Positions 1 to 12,100 of a DNA stretch of 64,000 nt are shown here, one piece after another. Below the pieces are notes generated by a model. That model made no database searches and was not told where the DNA came from. It saw only the letters and a list, made by a program, of their open reading frames with translations. Made by a program: the position numbers and the translations under genes. The stretch is from Cyanophora paradoxa CCMP329 (taxonomy: Eukaryota > Plantae > Glaucophyta), in contig QPMI01000199.1 in the NCBI GenBank assembly GCA_004431415.1, positions 84,460 through 148,459 of the forward strand, given 5' to 3'. The first letter of the stretch is position 1; the number at the start of each line of letters is the position of its first letter.

Positions 1-345
1 TCTGAATCAGTAGTCGTCCTGCTGGCGCATCCCACAATATATTCCCGACCATGATCATCTTTTTGTTTGAGAATTGCGCTGAAGCCATCGATGCAGGCGT
101 CGGTCTGTACAATGAAGGGTCGACCGAAGTCCGGATATTGCAGCACTGGTGCAGAGGTCAATCTTTTCTTTAGCTTTTCGAAAGCTTCTTGCTGCGCCTC
201 TTTCCACATCCACGGTATCCGTGCCCGTAATAAGGACGTGAGAGGGCTGCTAGAACAGAAAATCCTTCAATAAATTTCCTGTAATAAGACGCGAAACCCA
301 GAAATCCTCGCAGCTGACGGACTGTCTTAGGCTGCGGCCAGTCAT
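1..345 (-). CDS. pol: pol continuation (RT connection/RNase H), frameshifted
   Basis: WPQPKTVRQLRGFLGFASYYRKFI, then AFEKLKEKLTSAPVLQYPDFGRPFIVQTDAC in another frame. Confidence 0.85.
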
Positions 346-2187
346 GAAGAATCTGGACTTTCTTGGGTCCACACGTACCCCTGATGCATCGACCACATGG
401 CCCAGTAGTTCGACTTCCGCCTTCGCGAACTTGCATTTTGTGGGCTTCAGACGTACGTTCGCCTCATCCAGTCGAGATAGCACCCTGTCTAGGTCTCTAG
501 CATGCGTTTCAATCGACCGGCTGTAAACGACCAGGTCATCGAGGTAACACAGCGCGTGCGTCCATGCCAAGCCGGAAAGGATAATATTCATGGCGTTTTG
601 GAAGCTCCGCGGCGCTCCCGAGAGGCCGAACGGTAATTGCGTGAATTCAAACTGTCCTTCACTCGTCCTGAAGGCTGTTTTCTCTTTGCTCTCCTCAGAT
701 AAGGGCAACTGCCAATACCCTGAGACCATATCGAGCGTAGAGAATATTACTGCGCCTTGTAGATTATTGAATATATCGTCGATGCGAGGAAGCGGGTAAG
801 CATCCTGTTTTGTGATCGTATTCAACTGACGGTAATCTACGCAGAACCGCCAAGTACCATCCTTCTTTTTCGCCAGTACTACTGGAAATGCCCACGGTGA
901 TTTTGAAGGTACGATCACTCCAGCGTCTAACTGTTCCTGAATAATTTTTCGAATTTCGGCCCTCCGAATAGGGTCCATTTGTCGCAGGGGAACACGAATT
1001 GGCCTGTGATCACCAGTGTCGATTACGTGCGCAAATTCTGCAGGCATCGTTTTGCCTGGCTCTACCTTATAGCTTAAGGTAAACATATGTCGTTTTGTAT
1101 AAAGCACGTCGTACACTGCGTCGCGTATGCGACGGGGTAGCTCGTCGAAGCCGACGTCTAGTCTGGTTTTTAGCTCTTGCCAATCCTTGTCAGCTGCTTT
1201 AGCCTGACACTCTTTGCACTGTGCTTGCCCACACCAACAGGTGGTTGGCTCAAGCTGGCCGCGTGCTGCCTCGGCTACTGCTGCGACTGCTGTGCGTATC
1301 GCTGGTTCCTTACTGTTCACTGCGCCGTTTTCAAAAATGGTGCTAATATTTAATTGCGATGCTTCCGTCCAGTAGCCGACCGCCGTGCCTTTGCACAGGA
1401 CGACGCCCTTGACACCGGGGTTCAGCACTCTCACTGTACATGTGCCGCCGTCCCACTTAGTCACAGTGTCTGCAGGCATGAGGTCGTGCTGCACTGCAAA
1501 TGCTCCGGACCGTTCCATCAAACCACAGGTCCCGTCCTTCGGCTGAGTGAGGGCGTCTCGCAGCACCAGTTGAATATTTTTCTCAGATGCCGGAGGGATA
1601 CGCACGTCCTCGGGCAGAGTCATCGCTGGCGCCTTCTCGTCATTCATCATTTTCACTTGTTCGTCCATTTTATCCTTATGGATAAGCAGCCCGTCCGCTA
1701 GGTCTATTAACCAGCGATTTGCTTTGACGAAGTCTGCGCCTAGAATGACGTTTGTTGGCAGCCGCTTCCACACGAAGAAAGGCTGCCGAGCATGCACCAT
1801 GCTCCCTAGGGTGATATCAAGATAGATCAGCCCTACGCACTTAACCGGAGAGCCGTCCGCTGTTGCAAACGAGCATGTGAACGAGCGGTCGATATGCTGC
1901 TCCAAGCCAAAGTGTTTAATCACCGCCTCTGCGACGATTGAATAAGCTGCACCGCTATCTATTAATGCATCGATAGCGCTGTTGCTATTGACTTTGATTT
2001 TTACATAGGCGTGGACGCCTCTCCGTCGCGTCGAGGTGGGTGCGAGCACCTCGGCCTCCGTTAATAATTCCGCAACTAGTGCGTCTACCTCATTCTGATC
2101 TGTGGGATTGTGTACAGATCTGCAAAATTGATGCTCATCTCCGCCGTGCTTGCTGCGGGCGCTGGAGCTGAGGTTTCCTTTACACAC
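250..2187 (-). CDS. pol: Gypsy pol: aspartic protease plus reverse transcriptase
   Basis: ALIDSGA protease; SPWAFPVVLAKKKDGTWRFCVDYRQLN, DAYPLPRIDD and YLDD RT motifs. Confidence 0.95.
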   Translation of the reverse strand: MCKGNLSSSARSKHGGDEHQFCRSVHNPTDQNEVDALVAELLTEAEVLAPTSTRRRGVHAYVKIKVNSNSAIDALIDSGAAYSIVAEAVIKHFGLEQHIDRSFTCSFATADGSPVKCVGLIYLDITLGSMVHARQPFFVWKRLPTNVILGADFVKANRWLIDLADGLLIHKDKMDEQVKMMNDEKAPAMTLPEDVRIPPASEKNIQLVLRDALTQPKDGTCGLMERSGAFAVQHDLMPADTVTKWDGGTCTVRVLNPGVKGVVLCKGTAVGYWTEASQLNISTIFENGAVNSKEPAIRTAVAAVAEAARGQLEPTTCWCGQAQCKECQAKAADKDWQELKTRLDVGFDELPRRIRDAVYDVLYTKRHMFTLSYKVEPGKTMPAEFAHVIDTGDHRPIRVPLRQMDPIRRAEIRKIIQEQLDAGVIVPSKSPWAFPVVLAKKKDGTWRFCVDYRQLNTITKQDAYPLPRIDDIFNNLQGAVIFSTLDMVSGYWQLPLSEESKEKTAFRTSEGQFEFTQLPFGLSGAPRSFQNAMNIILSGLAWTHALCYLDDLVVYSRSIETHARDLDRVLSRLDEANVRLKPTKCKFAKAEVELLGHVVDASGVRVDPRKSRFFMTGRSLRQSVSCEDFWVSRLITGNLLKDFLF

Positions 2188-2950
2188 AGCCGCTTGCCAG
2201 CGCGCTGTAAGTCTCGCTCAACCAACTTGCGATTAGTTGGGATAAAGAGCTTTCTTTCGACTCGTTTAGGTGCGACCGGACTAAGTCCGCCTTCGCTTGC
2301 GGCCTTTTGTTGGTCCGCTCCACGAGGGGTTGGCTCACCATGATCAGGTACCGTCGCCGAGTCAGGAGACTGTGCAGCGCCGAGGCTGCTCGTCCCTCTT
2401 TCATCCCCATATCAGAAGTACGTCCAGACCGCACGGCTAACTCAATACTCCCCACCTGAGCGTCCCCAGGCGAGGCGAGCCGAGCATGTGACGATCCAGC
2501 CGTCCTCTCTTGAGAGCTTTGCCCCTGGGCGCCCTTCGAGCGATGCTCTTTGAGGTACGCCGCCTTGGCCTTCGACCTTGCTGGTCTGGGCCGGGGTCGA
2601 GCTCCCGCATCCTGCACTGGCGCTGAGCCGGGGCCAGTCTTGCGCAGGCATAGGTGCCTTCGGTCACGCCGACGCTGTCCTGGGGCCCCAGGATGCCTTC
2701 GGTCATGCCGACGCTGCCCGCATCCTCCAAGTCGAGCGCGCGTTCTTCAGCTTGCAACGGGTATTCATCGTCCGTTTCGTATTTACGTTTATTTTGCTGC
2801 TCCGTTTCACACTTGGAAGGCGTCGAGCGCGCGTTCTCGACTGTGAGCACTGCATACGGGTTCCTGTCCACGAAATCACGCGTATTTACAGGTGACTGTA
2901 CAACCGAGCGACTCGGCTGAGCTCGCTCGCCACTGACTTTACTTGCAGGT

Positions 2951-4413
2951 TTACGCCGAGGGCCTCCCGCCCTGGCTACGAAAGTTCAACTCTTGCAGCT
3001 GCTGCTGGAGAGCCGCGATCGCTGCGGTCTGCCTCTCCTTCTGCTGCTCTTCATCCTGCTTCTTCTTAAAGAAGCACTTGTCCGCAGTGTGATTGAACCG
3101 TCCACAGAAGTCACACTGGACGTTCGAGGCTGCGCCTTGCGACTGGAAGGGGCGGCCCTGATAGCCTCCCTTTCCCTTGAACGGTTTCTTGCCCCGCCTT
3201 GCGAGAAATTCTCGTCCTGGCGCTGACGCTTGAACCCAGAGCCGAAGCTCTGCTGCTGCTGGGGCGGCTGCTGGCGCGGACCACGCGCAGCGGCAGTTCC
3301 CTCTTCCATCTTGCGGGTACGGCATTCAGCTATAATGTGCCCGCTCTTCCCACAATAATTGCAGATGATCCGGCCGTCAGCATCAAAGCCGGCGTTCGGT
3401 GGCGTTTGCGCTCCGGCCTCTGCTGCCGCTGATCGGACCGCGGGCGCTGATACCCCTGGCCTTGCTGCGGGTACCCCTGCTGCTGCCGCTGGTATCCTGC
3501 GGCACGGGCTCACTGTACCCTCCCGCAGTTTCAGGGCGCTGGCCAACGTGATCGCGGACTTCCACGATGTTGGCTCGCAGCGTCGCCAGCTCTCGAGTGA
3601 GTCCCACGTCGCGCTCGCGCAAGGCCTCGCTAATGACCTCCTTTAGAGCGGCGGGCGATGCGGCTGGAGGTGGCGGCGGGGCCATCCCCATGGGCTCTTG
3701 GACAGCGGCCACCTTTGCCGCCGCGGCCTGGATAGCGTAGGCGGCGTCGTCAGTGACGTACTCGACGAATAGCTTTCCCAGGTAGTCACGTTGCTATTTG
3801 CCGCCGTGAGCTTCCTGTAGGCTTTGTGCGCCAGCTTATGTAGTCGCTTATTTTCGCTCAAGGCCATTGCCATCGCGTTAATTAATGTCGAGTCGGTCCA
3901 GACGTTTTCCATATTCAGTAGGCGCCGATAGGAAACGCAGTCCTTTACGTACATGCCGGCCTCCAGCGAACCTGGTCGATCGATCTCGCAGAGAGACGAG
4001 GCGGCCTCTTGTATGTGCTGCCTTAGTACAGCCTCCGGGTTCTGAGCCTCCGTGTACTTGTTTATAATATATGTGCGCAAAGCCTCGTAGTCATTTCGAT
4101 CGAGTGCGGCCTCCCGCTCGATGCAGCGCACTAGACTCGTGGCCGTGAGCTGATTCGACCGCCGTAGGCACTTCATAAGTGCGTTCGCGCGCGCCTTCGA
4201 AACCTCCGCGGGCGTGTCGCCCTCGATACTAGCGCTAAAGAGATCATACTCTTCAAGGAAGCGAAGTATCTTATTGCCTCGCAGTTCAGGCAGTGGAAGA
4301 TCCTTTCTATCCGAGTCCACCTTAAACTGCTTGATAGCCTTAGCTACGGCTTCCGTCGCCGCTACTGCTGCGTTGGCAGCCTGCACAGCCATTGCTTCTT
4401 CGTTTGATTGCAA
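2951..4413 (-). CDS. gag: gag, split over several frames, two CCHC zinc knuckles
   Basis: CNYCGKSGHIIAEC and CDFCGRFNHTADKC in ORFs 2986-3546 and 2951-3325; ORF 3643-4413 upstream. Confidence 0.8.
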
Positions 4414-4678
4414 AATTATGCTACGAAGCAGCAGGCAGGGAGGGTTTTATTAAAGGGGAGGAAAAGGAGAATCGAAGTCACTGCGCGCGTTCCAAAAAGG
4501 AATACGTAAGGAACTGTTCACAGAGTTCGATAAATAAAGCCCGGGCGCACTGCTTCCGAGGCCGAAAACGACGATCAGAGGCACTGAGGACCGATACCGA
4601 AAAGTTGATCGTCAGTAAACGCACTGTCAACAGGCGGCGAGGCGTATACGCACTTCCGAATCCGCGCTTGTCGACCGT

Positions 4679-5382
4679 TTACTCACGCTTGACGCCGGAG
4701 GCGGAGCCGGACGGCGAGGACGGCGAGTAGCCGGCGTCTACGATCCAGTGACCGTCGGCACAGCGCACAAGGAAACCTTTATCAGGGTGCGGGGTGCACG
4801 TGCCGGTCGAACCAGCTTCGCTGGGGGTGTCCGAACCGAAGAGCGTGCGCTCGAGCGGCACCACGGCCTTGACGAAGCCGGCGCCTCCCTTGAGCGGCGT
4901 GCCCACAGCTCCGGCACCAATCGCGGTCGTCGGCGCAGCGAACACCTGCGGCTGCAGCAGATGCTGGCCGAACGACGGAACGAGGTAGGCGAGCGTCGGG
5001 TCCTGGTAGAGGATCTAATGTGACGAATCAGTGAGCGTCGGTTGCGTTGACGACACGGCTTTTAGGCGCGCACAATCTGCTGCAACGTGGGCGGCGAGCT
5101 CACCGGCAGCGGCGCTCCCGAAGCCACAGTCTGGCCGGGACCGAAACCGCCGTACGTCGGGGCGACGTGAGCAGGGGCGGGCGCCGGGGCGGCCTTCGTC
5201 GGAAGCTCCGTGACAGACGAGTAGAACTGGGAGGTCTTCGTGGACTTGCGAGTGGACTCCTCTTGCTTGGGGCGGTACTCCTTGGAAACCGGGGACCGCT
5301 CAAAGGTAGTCACCGTCTTCGTCTCCTCAATGTGCTCGTGGAGACGCGACGCCGGGAGCGCGGCGGCCTGACCGGCAAGAAT
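4679..5382 (-). CDS. Putative spliced accessory ORF between PBS and gag
   Basis: ORFs 5062-5313 and 4679-4945 join in frame across a 59-nt GTGCGC...CATTAG intron (5073-5015). Confidence 0.45.
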
Positions 5383-5784
5383 CTGTCCGGTGGGTCGGGT
5401 GTTTCAGTGACGAGCCTTGATAAAATTACGAATCCGTTAACGTGGCTGTTGTCGTAGGAGCGTGGGTTCGACGGCCGTTAACGCAGCCGTTAGAGCAGCG
5501 CCTCCGTGAAAAGGTGACTAGAACCTCTTCGGATCAAGGCTCCTGAACTATCCCGGGAATCCCACAATTAAGAACAAAAGACCAACCTCAGGCTTCCCAA
5601 GAGCGGCGAACTGCCCGTCCCAGTTATGGCCGTGCTTCCCAACCAAGCCAGGGAAGTCGGACGCAAAGGGCGGAGTCTTGTTATTGACAGCAGATCCCTT
5701 GGAGTCTGACATTTTGGGTCTAGAACGCGGGTTTTGATCAGTGCAAAGCTTTACATGAATCAGGGGAAGGGGTCGTAAGAATCA

Positions 5785-5797
5785 GGTTCAGGCACCA
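5785..5797 (-). promoter_or_regulatory. Primer-binding site TGGTGCCTGAACC
   Basis: Starts with TGG, just inside the LTR; cognate tRNA not identified. Confidence 0.6.
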
Positions 5798-5812
5798 GAT
5801 GAACGTGAAGCG

Positions 5813-6384
5813 TGTCAGGTAGGAAGGCCGACGGCGCCTAGCTTCGCTGCGATGCTGCAGCGATTAGGCGAGCTTCAAGAATGCGCTTCCTGGCCGAATT
5901 ACCGAGTTTTAGAGACTCGGATCGCAATCCAGACGGGTACCGCCTCCTTTTACCCGGCGCCGCCATACTACCAACCTTCCGACCAATGGTTACCGGCCGT
6001 CGGTCAACCGGCGACGCGGTTCCACTCACGTGTCCTGGTACTAGGCTGGTAGTCAGCTAGGTCTGAGTCCGCGGCTATATCACGTAGCATGCGCCAGACT
6101 GTAGCCGGCCCATGCCCGCTGTCAGTTGCTTAATTACTCGACCCGGAACCGACGCCAGGTCCGAGGGGCCCCGAGCCGGCTTGAACCACGAGCCGGCTCG
6201 AGCCCACTCGGCTCGTAATGATAAATACGTCTAGCCGTCTTGAGCTCGACCGCTTATAGATCCGTGCTCAAGCGCGCCCTACTGGCATGCCGCTGCAGCC
6301 GACCGACCAGACTCCGGTCCGACGCCGCACAGCTGCGACACTCAGGCCGTCCCGCCGGATGTCCGGGGACTACGGGGCCTGACA
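5813..6384 (-). repeat. 5' LTR
   Basis: Starts TGTCAGG (6384) and ends CCTGACA (5813); alternative CA end at 5800, 2 nt before the PBS; partner LTR outside the window. Confidence 0.65.
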
Positions 6385-6465
6385 TTTACACGAGTGCGGC
6401 TAGAATGACTAAATTATAATATTCAGTCGAAAAAGCAAACCGGGTACGGCCATACGGCCTTAACA

Positions 6466-6945
6466 AAGTTGACTCACTTTTCATAAACATTTTGAACTCT
6501 TAGTTTCCTTGAATTTCTTAAGATGACTCAACTTAGTCAACTTAGTCAACTTAGTCAACTTTGTTACCATTATCAATCAGGGTGGACTCACTTTTAGATC
6601 AACTTTGAAATTTCAAGCAAAATCAACTTGGATTTCAAAAGTGGATCTTCTAAGTGGACTCAAAATGTTCACTTTGTGATACATGTTAGCTCAAATGCTT
6701 ACTGTTTATGGTCAGGGTTGACTAAGTGGGGGGAGTTGACACATTTTTTGAAATCCTTTTTAGAAAACTTTAGGCCCCAAATATTTCCTGTGAAATTTGA
6801 GTCAACTCAACCCACTTAGTCAACCCTTGCATTGAATTCGTAACAAAATCCATATACTTTTACTACTTTTACGATTAATATGAGTCAACCTTGAGTCCAC
6901 TTTAATATAAATATTATATAATAGGGGGAATCTAGGGGAGATGCT
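6466..6945 (+). repeat. PLV-A left TIR (480 bp), with 9-bp ACTTAGTCA repeats and many GAGTCAAC/GAGTCCAC motifs
   Basis: Reverse complement of 57831-58310; two mismatches seen. Confidence 0.95.
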
Positions 6946-7514
6946 TACTAAATGCAGTGTTAGATTGATGGATTCATATATGTAATCACGTTAATCGAAG
7001 CTATATAATACAGTGGATTATTCGATATCATAAGTGGATCGAATTGATAAGTATATGGTTAAAAATCGCGATTTTTGAGTTATAATCGAATTTAATCGAA
7101 TTATTTTGAATTTCAAAACTCGCTTTAATCGTAATAGCGATGTATACACATCGAGATTCGTATATGTGATTGCAAGTTATTGTTATGTATGATCTATTTG
7201 ATAATATTTCACCATCAGTGCATCGATTTGATAACGTCCTGGTGATCTATATTAAAAACTCACGTTTAATGCATTTTAATCGAATTTAAAATTAAAATTC
7301 AAAATCGGTTTCATCGCGATTTCGAGTCAGGGTTATCGAAATGTCGATATTATGAAATGCTCGATTTTATGACGTTTTAAGCGCATCGATTTGAGCATGT
7401 GGTGCTGAGATATCGCAGCAAACGTGAATATTGATTTTCCAGACGGGTACAGCATTAATCTAGAAAAAACCGCGTTTTTTTTTTACTTTTCAAGTTTCAC
7501 CGCGAACGAAGTAA

Positions 7515-7581
7515 AGGTTCCCGAGCGGATTTGAACTGCGACTCAGATATCCAAGCGTCTTAACCGCTGAGCCAAAAACAG
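7515..7581 (-). ncRNA. tRNA-derived, Pol III-like small RNA or tRNA pseudogene
   Basis: A box TGGCTCAGCGG (7574-7564), B box GTTCAAATCC (7536-7527), shortened anticodon hairpin, tRNA-like 3' end GGGAACCT. Confidence 0.4.
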
Positions 7582-7807
7582 TTCTTAGTCAAGTCGATTC
7601 CTGGGCTAGTGTTTCACCAAGTCCACTATGGCAAGTGACTTTTGCATCTTCAAACTGTTATATCTCATCACCAGATCATCAAAACGCAACGTTCTGCATA
7701 GCGCTGTGAAGCGCTTGATATGCTCTACAAGACTATGTGTATATCATATGCATATATGTATATCTGTCATACATATATTTGGAAAAAACGAGTTTTCGCC
7801 TAGCAAA

Positions 7808-9194
7808 CTAGCTAGTTTTGGTTCTTTCTCTTAGTGTTCTTTGAGGTTTAGGGGCTGTATATGACTCCTTAGTAGTCTGAAAGTCATTATACCATCTCTG
7901 GCTATTCACTTCTGAAAGTTTCTGTGTGCCTGCTATAGTGAGCTTTTTGAGTTCCCTGTTAACTTTCCCAGCCTTCTCCTTCCTAGCCTCTATCAAAGGC
8001 TTATCTGGGACTTCATTAGAAGCTTCTATGCCCTCTCTTCTTATAGCAGCATCAACCCTGGCTTCCTCTTTAGCTTGCTCTAAAGCATCTACTGTAGGGG
8101 TTTCCAGATACTCAATTGCATTCACAGGCAACAGCTCATGGAAAGCAAACCTGTTATCTATGATCTCTCCAGTGGGACTCTTTAGCTTAAACTTAAAGCC
8201 TTCCCTACTATCAACAGTGTAAACCATCCTAGACCAATTGTTACCCTGTTTAGCAAATGGGTTCTTCTCTACTTTCACTCTAACAAACATGCCAGGCTGC
8301 ATGGTATCAAGATAAGCTATTGATTTCTTGAACCTTTCATCTTCTAATCCCACTATATACCTATAATGCTCCTCTGTAGTTTCAACTGGCTTCATCTTAG
8401 TAGCTGAGTGAACTGTATTATTGTAATTATACTCAATATCACCTAACACATCAAAGAATCTAGCTGTATTATTGGCTATGCAGTAGTTTGTGATCAGTCT
8501 CTTAATCTGCTTGTTAAAGGCTTCAATTCGACCTTGGCTTCTGTGGTCTGCAGTTCCACTCACTTGGTGTTCTATGTATTTACTAGATAAAAAACTCCTG
8601 GAATATTCGATTTTGGAATTCACTCCCAGCATCTGATTGAACCTTTACTATGGGTCTTGCTACTCTCATCTCAAGCTGTTTAAATGCAGCTAATGTAGTG
8701 AGAGCTGATTTATCTCTGATAGGTATAATATACCCAGTTCTCAGTGTTGATTCCATTGCAGTCATAAAAGTATCATAACCATTGTTTTGTTTCTTATAAG
8801 CTGGGAAAAAGAGCAAATCAATCACATAGGTATCAAGGGGTTGCCTTATTGGGACCATGGGATCTCTCTTTCTAGATATAGCAGGTGCATTGATCTGAAC
8901 AACCTCTTGCTTTTTATAGAACTCTTGCAACTGCTTGTAGGATTCATCTGGTAACTCAGCCCTCATAGCTTGAAGCCCTTTGTAACCAGTTCTCACATCA
9001 TAGAATCTCTTGGCAATCTTGCTGGTTTCTTTCACTGCAATAGCAACTGGGATCTCTACTGGGACAAGCTCTTTCATCTCAGACTTTTTGACAATTCGAG
9101 ATTCCCCCTTTTCCTCCTTTGGAACTGTGATAGGCAGTAGGTTACCTTGCAGTTGCTCAGTGGTTCTCCTAACTATTCTTCCAGTTGCTGGCAT
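7808..9194 (-). CDS. rve (retroviral-type) integrase; +1 frameshift in a T run near 8590
   Basis: YVIDLLF / VQSDAGSEF / QGRIEAFN give DD35E when ORFs 8583-9194 and 7808-8632 are joined; YNNTVHSATKMKP. Confidence 0.92.
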
Positions 9195-9197
9195 CTC

Positions 9198-12100
9198 TTA
9201 ATTAAATGGAACAGAATTAATACCATCTGGTAAGATGTATCTCTTTGCATCAAAGCAATTTAGGGCAACCCTTCTACTCACAGTATCTATTATTGTGTGA
9301 TCTGCCCTTCTTTTCTGCTTTGCAGTCACAGTCTTGCTGATACCTGCAAATAAACACTCCTTAAAATCATTGAATTGGAGTTCCTCAGTGGAAGTTCCAG
9401 ATAGCTTACTTCTCTCAATCTCAGCTGTTCTGAAACTGTAAACTTTGGCTCTCAGACCTACATACTCCAGGATTGCAGAACCTGGCATCTCATTTTTGTA
9501 TTTACCTGGGGTCATTCTGGAATCACCTCCAAGGTCTAATGCATAGGATATATTCTCTATATCTGTTGCAAGGGTCTTAGATTCGATATATAGACAAAAG
9601 GAATCAGTATCATGGAATAGTAACTTTGCTTTTGACCACTGGGACCTTACAGTATCATAGAAGAACTTGTAGTTATGCAGTTTGGCTGCATCCAAAACAT
9701 AAGCCCCAATTGCAACAGGCTTATCTAGCTTCACATGCTTTGTGTAAAACTCAAAGGCAACTGCTCTTTCACTTATGGGACTTGTTGATTTCACTAAAGG
9801 AGAGGCTGCATATTTCATAAATAGCTTCTCAGTGTTGGCAATCTTAACCACAGATCGACCTCTACATGATTCAATGCATTTCCCATAGATTGAATTATTC
9901 ATGAGCTTATAGAAATCAGCCTCGAATTTATTCACTGCTTTCCTTCTCATATCAGTGTTCAGCTCAATGTAGGGTTTCATTACAGGAGCCACAGTAAATG
10001 ATAGGACCCTGTGAACCTTCTTTAGTTTCACACCTTTAGCTAACATGTATTGCAGAAGAGGCTCAGAAATCACATAGTTGGTCACAGAACCAAAGGTTGC
10101 AGTTAGCTTAGGGGTCTTATCAAGCTCTTCTCCTGAGAGATCCAATAGGCTTTTTTGATATTGTGATAATTCTGCATATTCTACTATTTTCTTGTTAATA
10201 ATTAGGGGGAAATCACTGTGATCTAGAAACAGCCTAATTGGGTAATCCAGATCAACTTCTAGGAAACTGGATCTGTTATCTTGTGGGTTGAATTCGGTCT
10301 CCCATCTAAAATCACCAACTGGGATTGGCTGACTCAAGCAGTAGCCATACAAGTTGTTAGCATCAAACAGCATAATATGGGAGTTCTCACCATCAGCCTC
10401 AGCATACCTACAGGGCATTGTTGCAAAGCCACCCCTGATTCCCCTCTCAACAAATTCGTATTGCTCTACATCACTAATAAGCTCTATTTTTGCCTTGGTG
10501 GTCCTTAACATAGCATCCCAAGATAACCCAGGGGCAGATACATAATGAACTGGGTCAAGTCCATATACTGAGTGTGAAAGCCTTCTAAAAGCCTGGAATT
10601 TGTTCATTAACTCAGTCACATCAGCAGCCCCAAAGTCCATAAAGTTACTTGCATCAATGAACTTGTAAAGACCCCATTGCAATGAAAGGTATTGATCAAA
10701 GTTTTTCGAAAGGATTTCGATTCGCTTTTTATCACCCATGCCTGCTATTTTTCTGAAAATGAATGTCCCACAGTCATCCATTTGGTCAACAACAACTGCA
10801 ACTTTGGTTTGCTTTGAGATTCTCCTATGAAGATTGCAGTTTCTGCATGCAGGAGCAATATAATTACCTGTGTGATGATCATGATCCCTGCATTTAAAGT
10901 TCTCCTTGGTGAACCTCTCACTGCAAAGGTAACAGTGTTTGGTAGCCCTATATACAGCTTTCTGCTCATCTGTGAGTTCATTCATGGGAATATTGGTAAA
11001 CAGAAAATCGATTAGTTCTCTTGCTTTGGATTCCAAGCATTCAAACAGACCTCCCATTGGATCCTGCCCCTCAAATCGAAAATTTTGAACATCTGCCCCA
11101 GTGACTACTCTGAGGTTGACTGCTGAGACTTCCCTCTTGGATTTCGATGCATCTATGGGGATGCTTCTATGTTCAATCTTGCAGTATACCACAACAGGAA
11201 GCCACACAGTTTTCCTGAGGTTTTTCAGTCCAAACTCTATGGTGGTCTCAGGCTTAGGAGTGATTCCCTTTGAGAGTCTCCAATCAATGCATCTGTTTGA
11301 GTCCACATGAGCAGTGAGTTTAGCCTCAGACCTGAATCGAGATAAGCATGTGTCACAGTAGTGTAACTTCTGATCATTGTATGTTTCATGGTTAACTTTC
11401 AATAGCCTTGAAAGGGACATGATTGTAATATAGTGACCATTCCCTTCATCATCAAATATCAGCATGAGATTAACCTTATGCTTTCTGCCTGGGTTACTTG
11501 ATTGATGCAGGGGATAAATAACCTCTCCATCGATTCCAAATATATTAATGCTAATGCCTGCATTTTGAGCCTCGAATTTATCAATTATTTCAGCATCACA
11601 GGCAACAGGGAATGGGATATTGTCGAAATTGAGAGCCAGCGGATTATAAGCGATTGCTGAGTATTTCCATTTGCGATACTGTGAAAGCTCATTCCTCTTA
11701 TGGGAGTTTATCGCTTTTCTGTGAATATATGCCAAAATTGCATTTTCGAAGCAGGAATCATCAATATTTCGAATATTTACTGTGGCTCTCTTCCTAGCAA
11801 TCCACTCTGGGGTTTGTAGAAAGCATCCACCTGTTGGAGCATAACTCATAATAGCCACTCTGAGTATTTCTATTCTCTCTAAGCGATAGCTATCAACCAC
11901 ATTCATCTGCTCCTGACACATTTGGGCTGCTTTATTCAGCTCAGTTCGAATATTTCTCGATCTGGTTAGTACAAAATAATCGCTGTAAATATATTTCGAT
12001 ATCCAAACCTGTGAATTGCTCACTTTTACGAACTTGCAGATAAAAGACAAGCGAACCTTGATTGCCCTGAATTGATCTAAACCCTGCTTTAATCGATTAG

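Larger units (their letters stand above)
1..6384 (-). mobile_element. Ty3/Gypsy LTR retrotransposon, 5' part (runs off the window start)
   Basis: Minus-strand order LTR-PBS-gag(CCHC)-protease-RT-RNase H; GC-rich. Confidence 0.93.

Noticed and set aside
8583-8632. Programmed frameshifting or true pseudogenisation of the integrases, primase-helicase and penton (also ~15122, ~35268, ~44625)
   Set aside because: Each break is a 1-nt indel in a homopolymer run and is not shared by the orthologue in the other virus where one exists; long-read consensus error is more likely. Needs raw reads.
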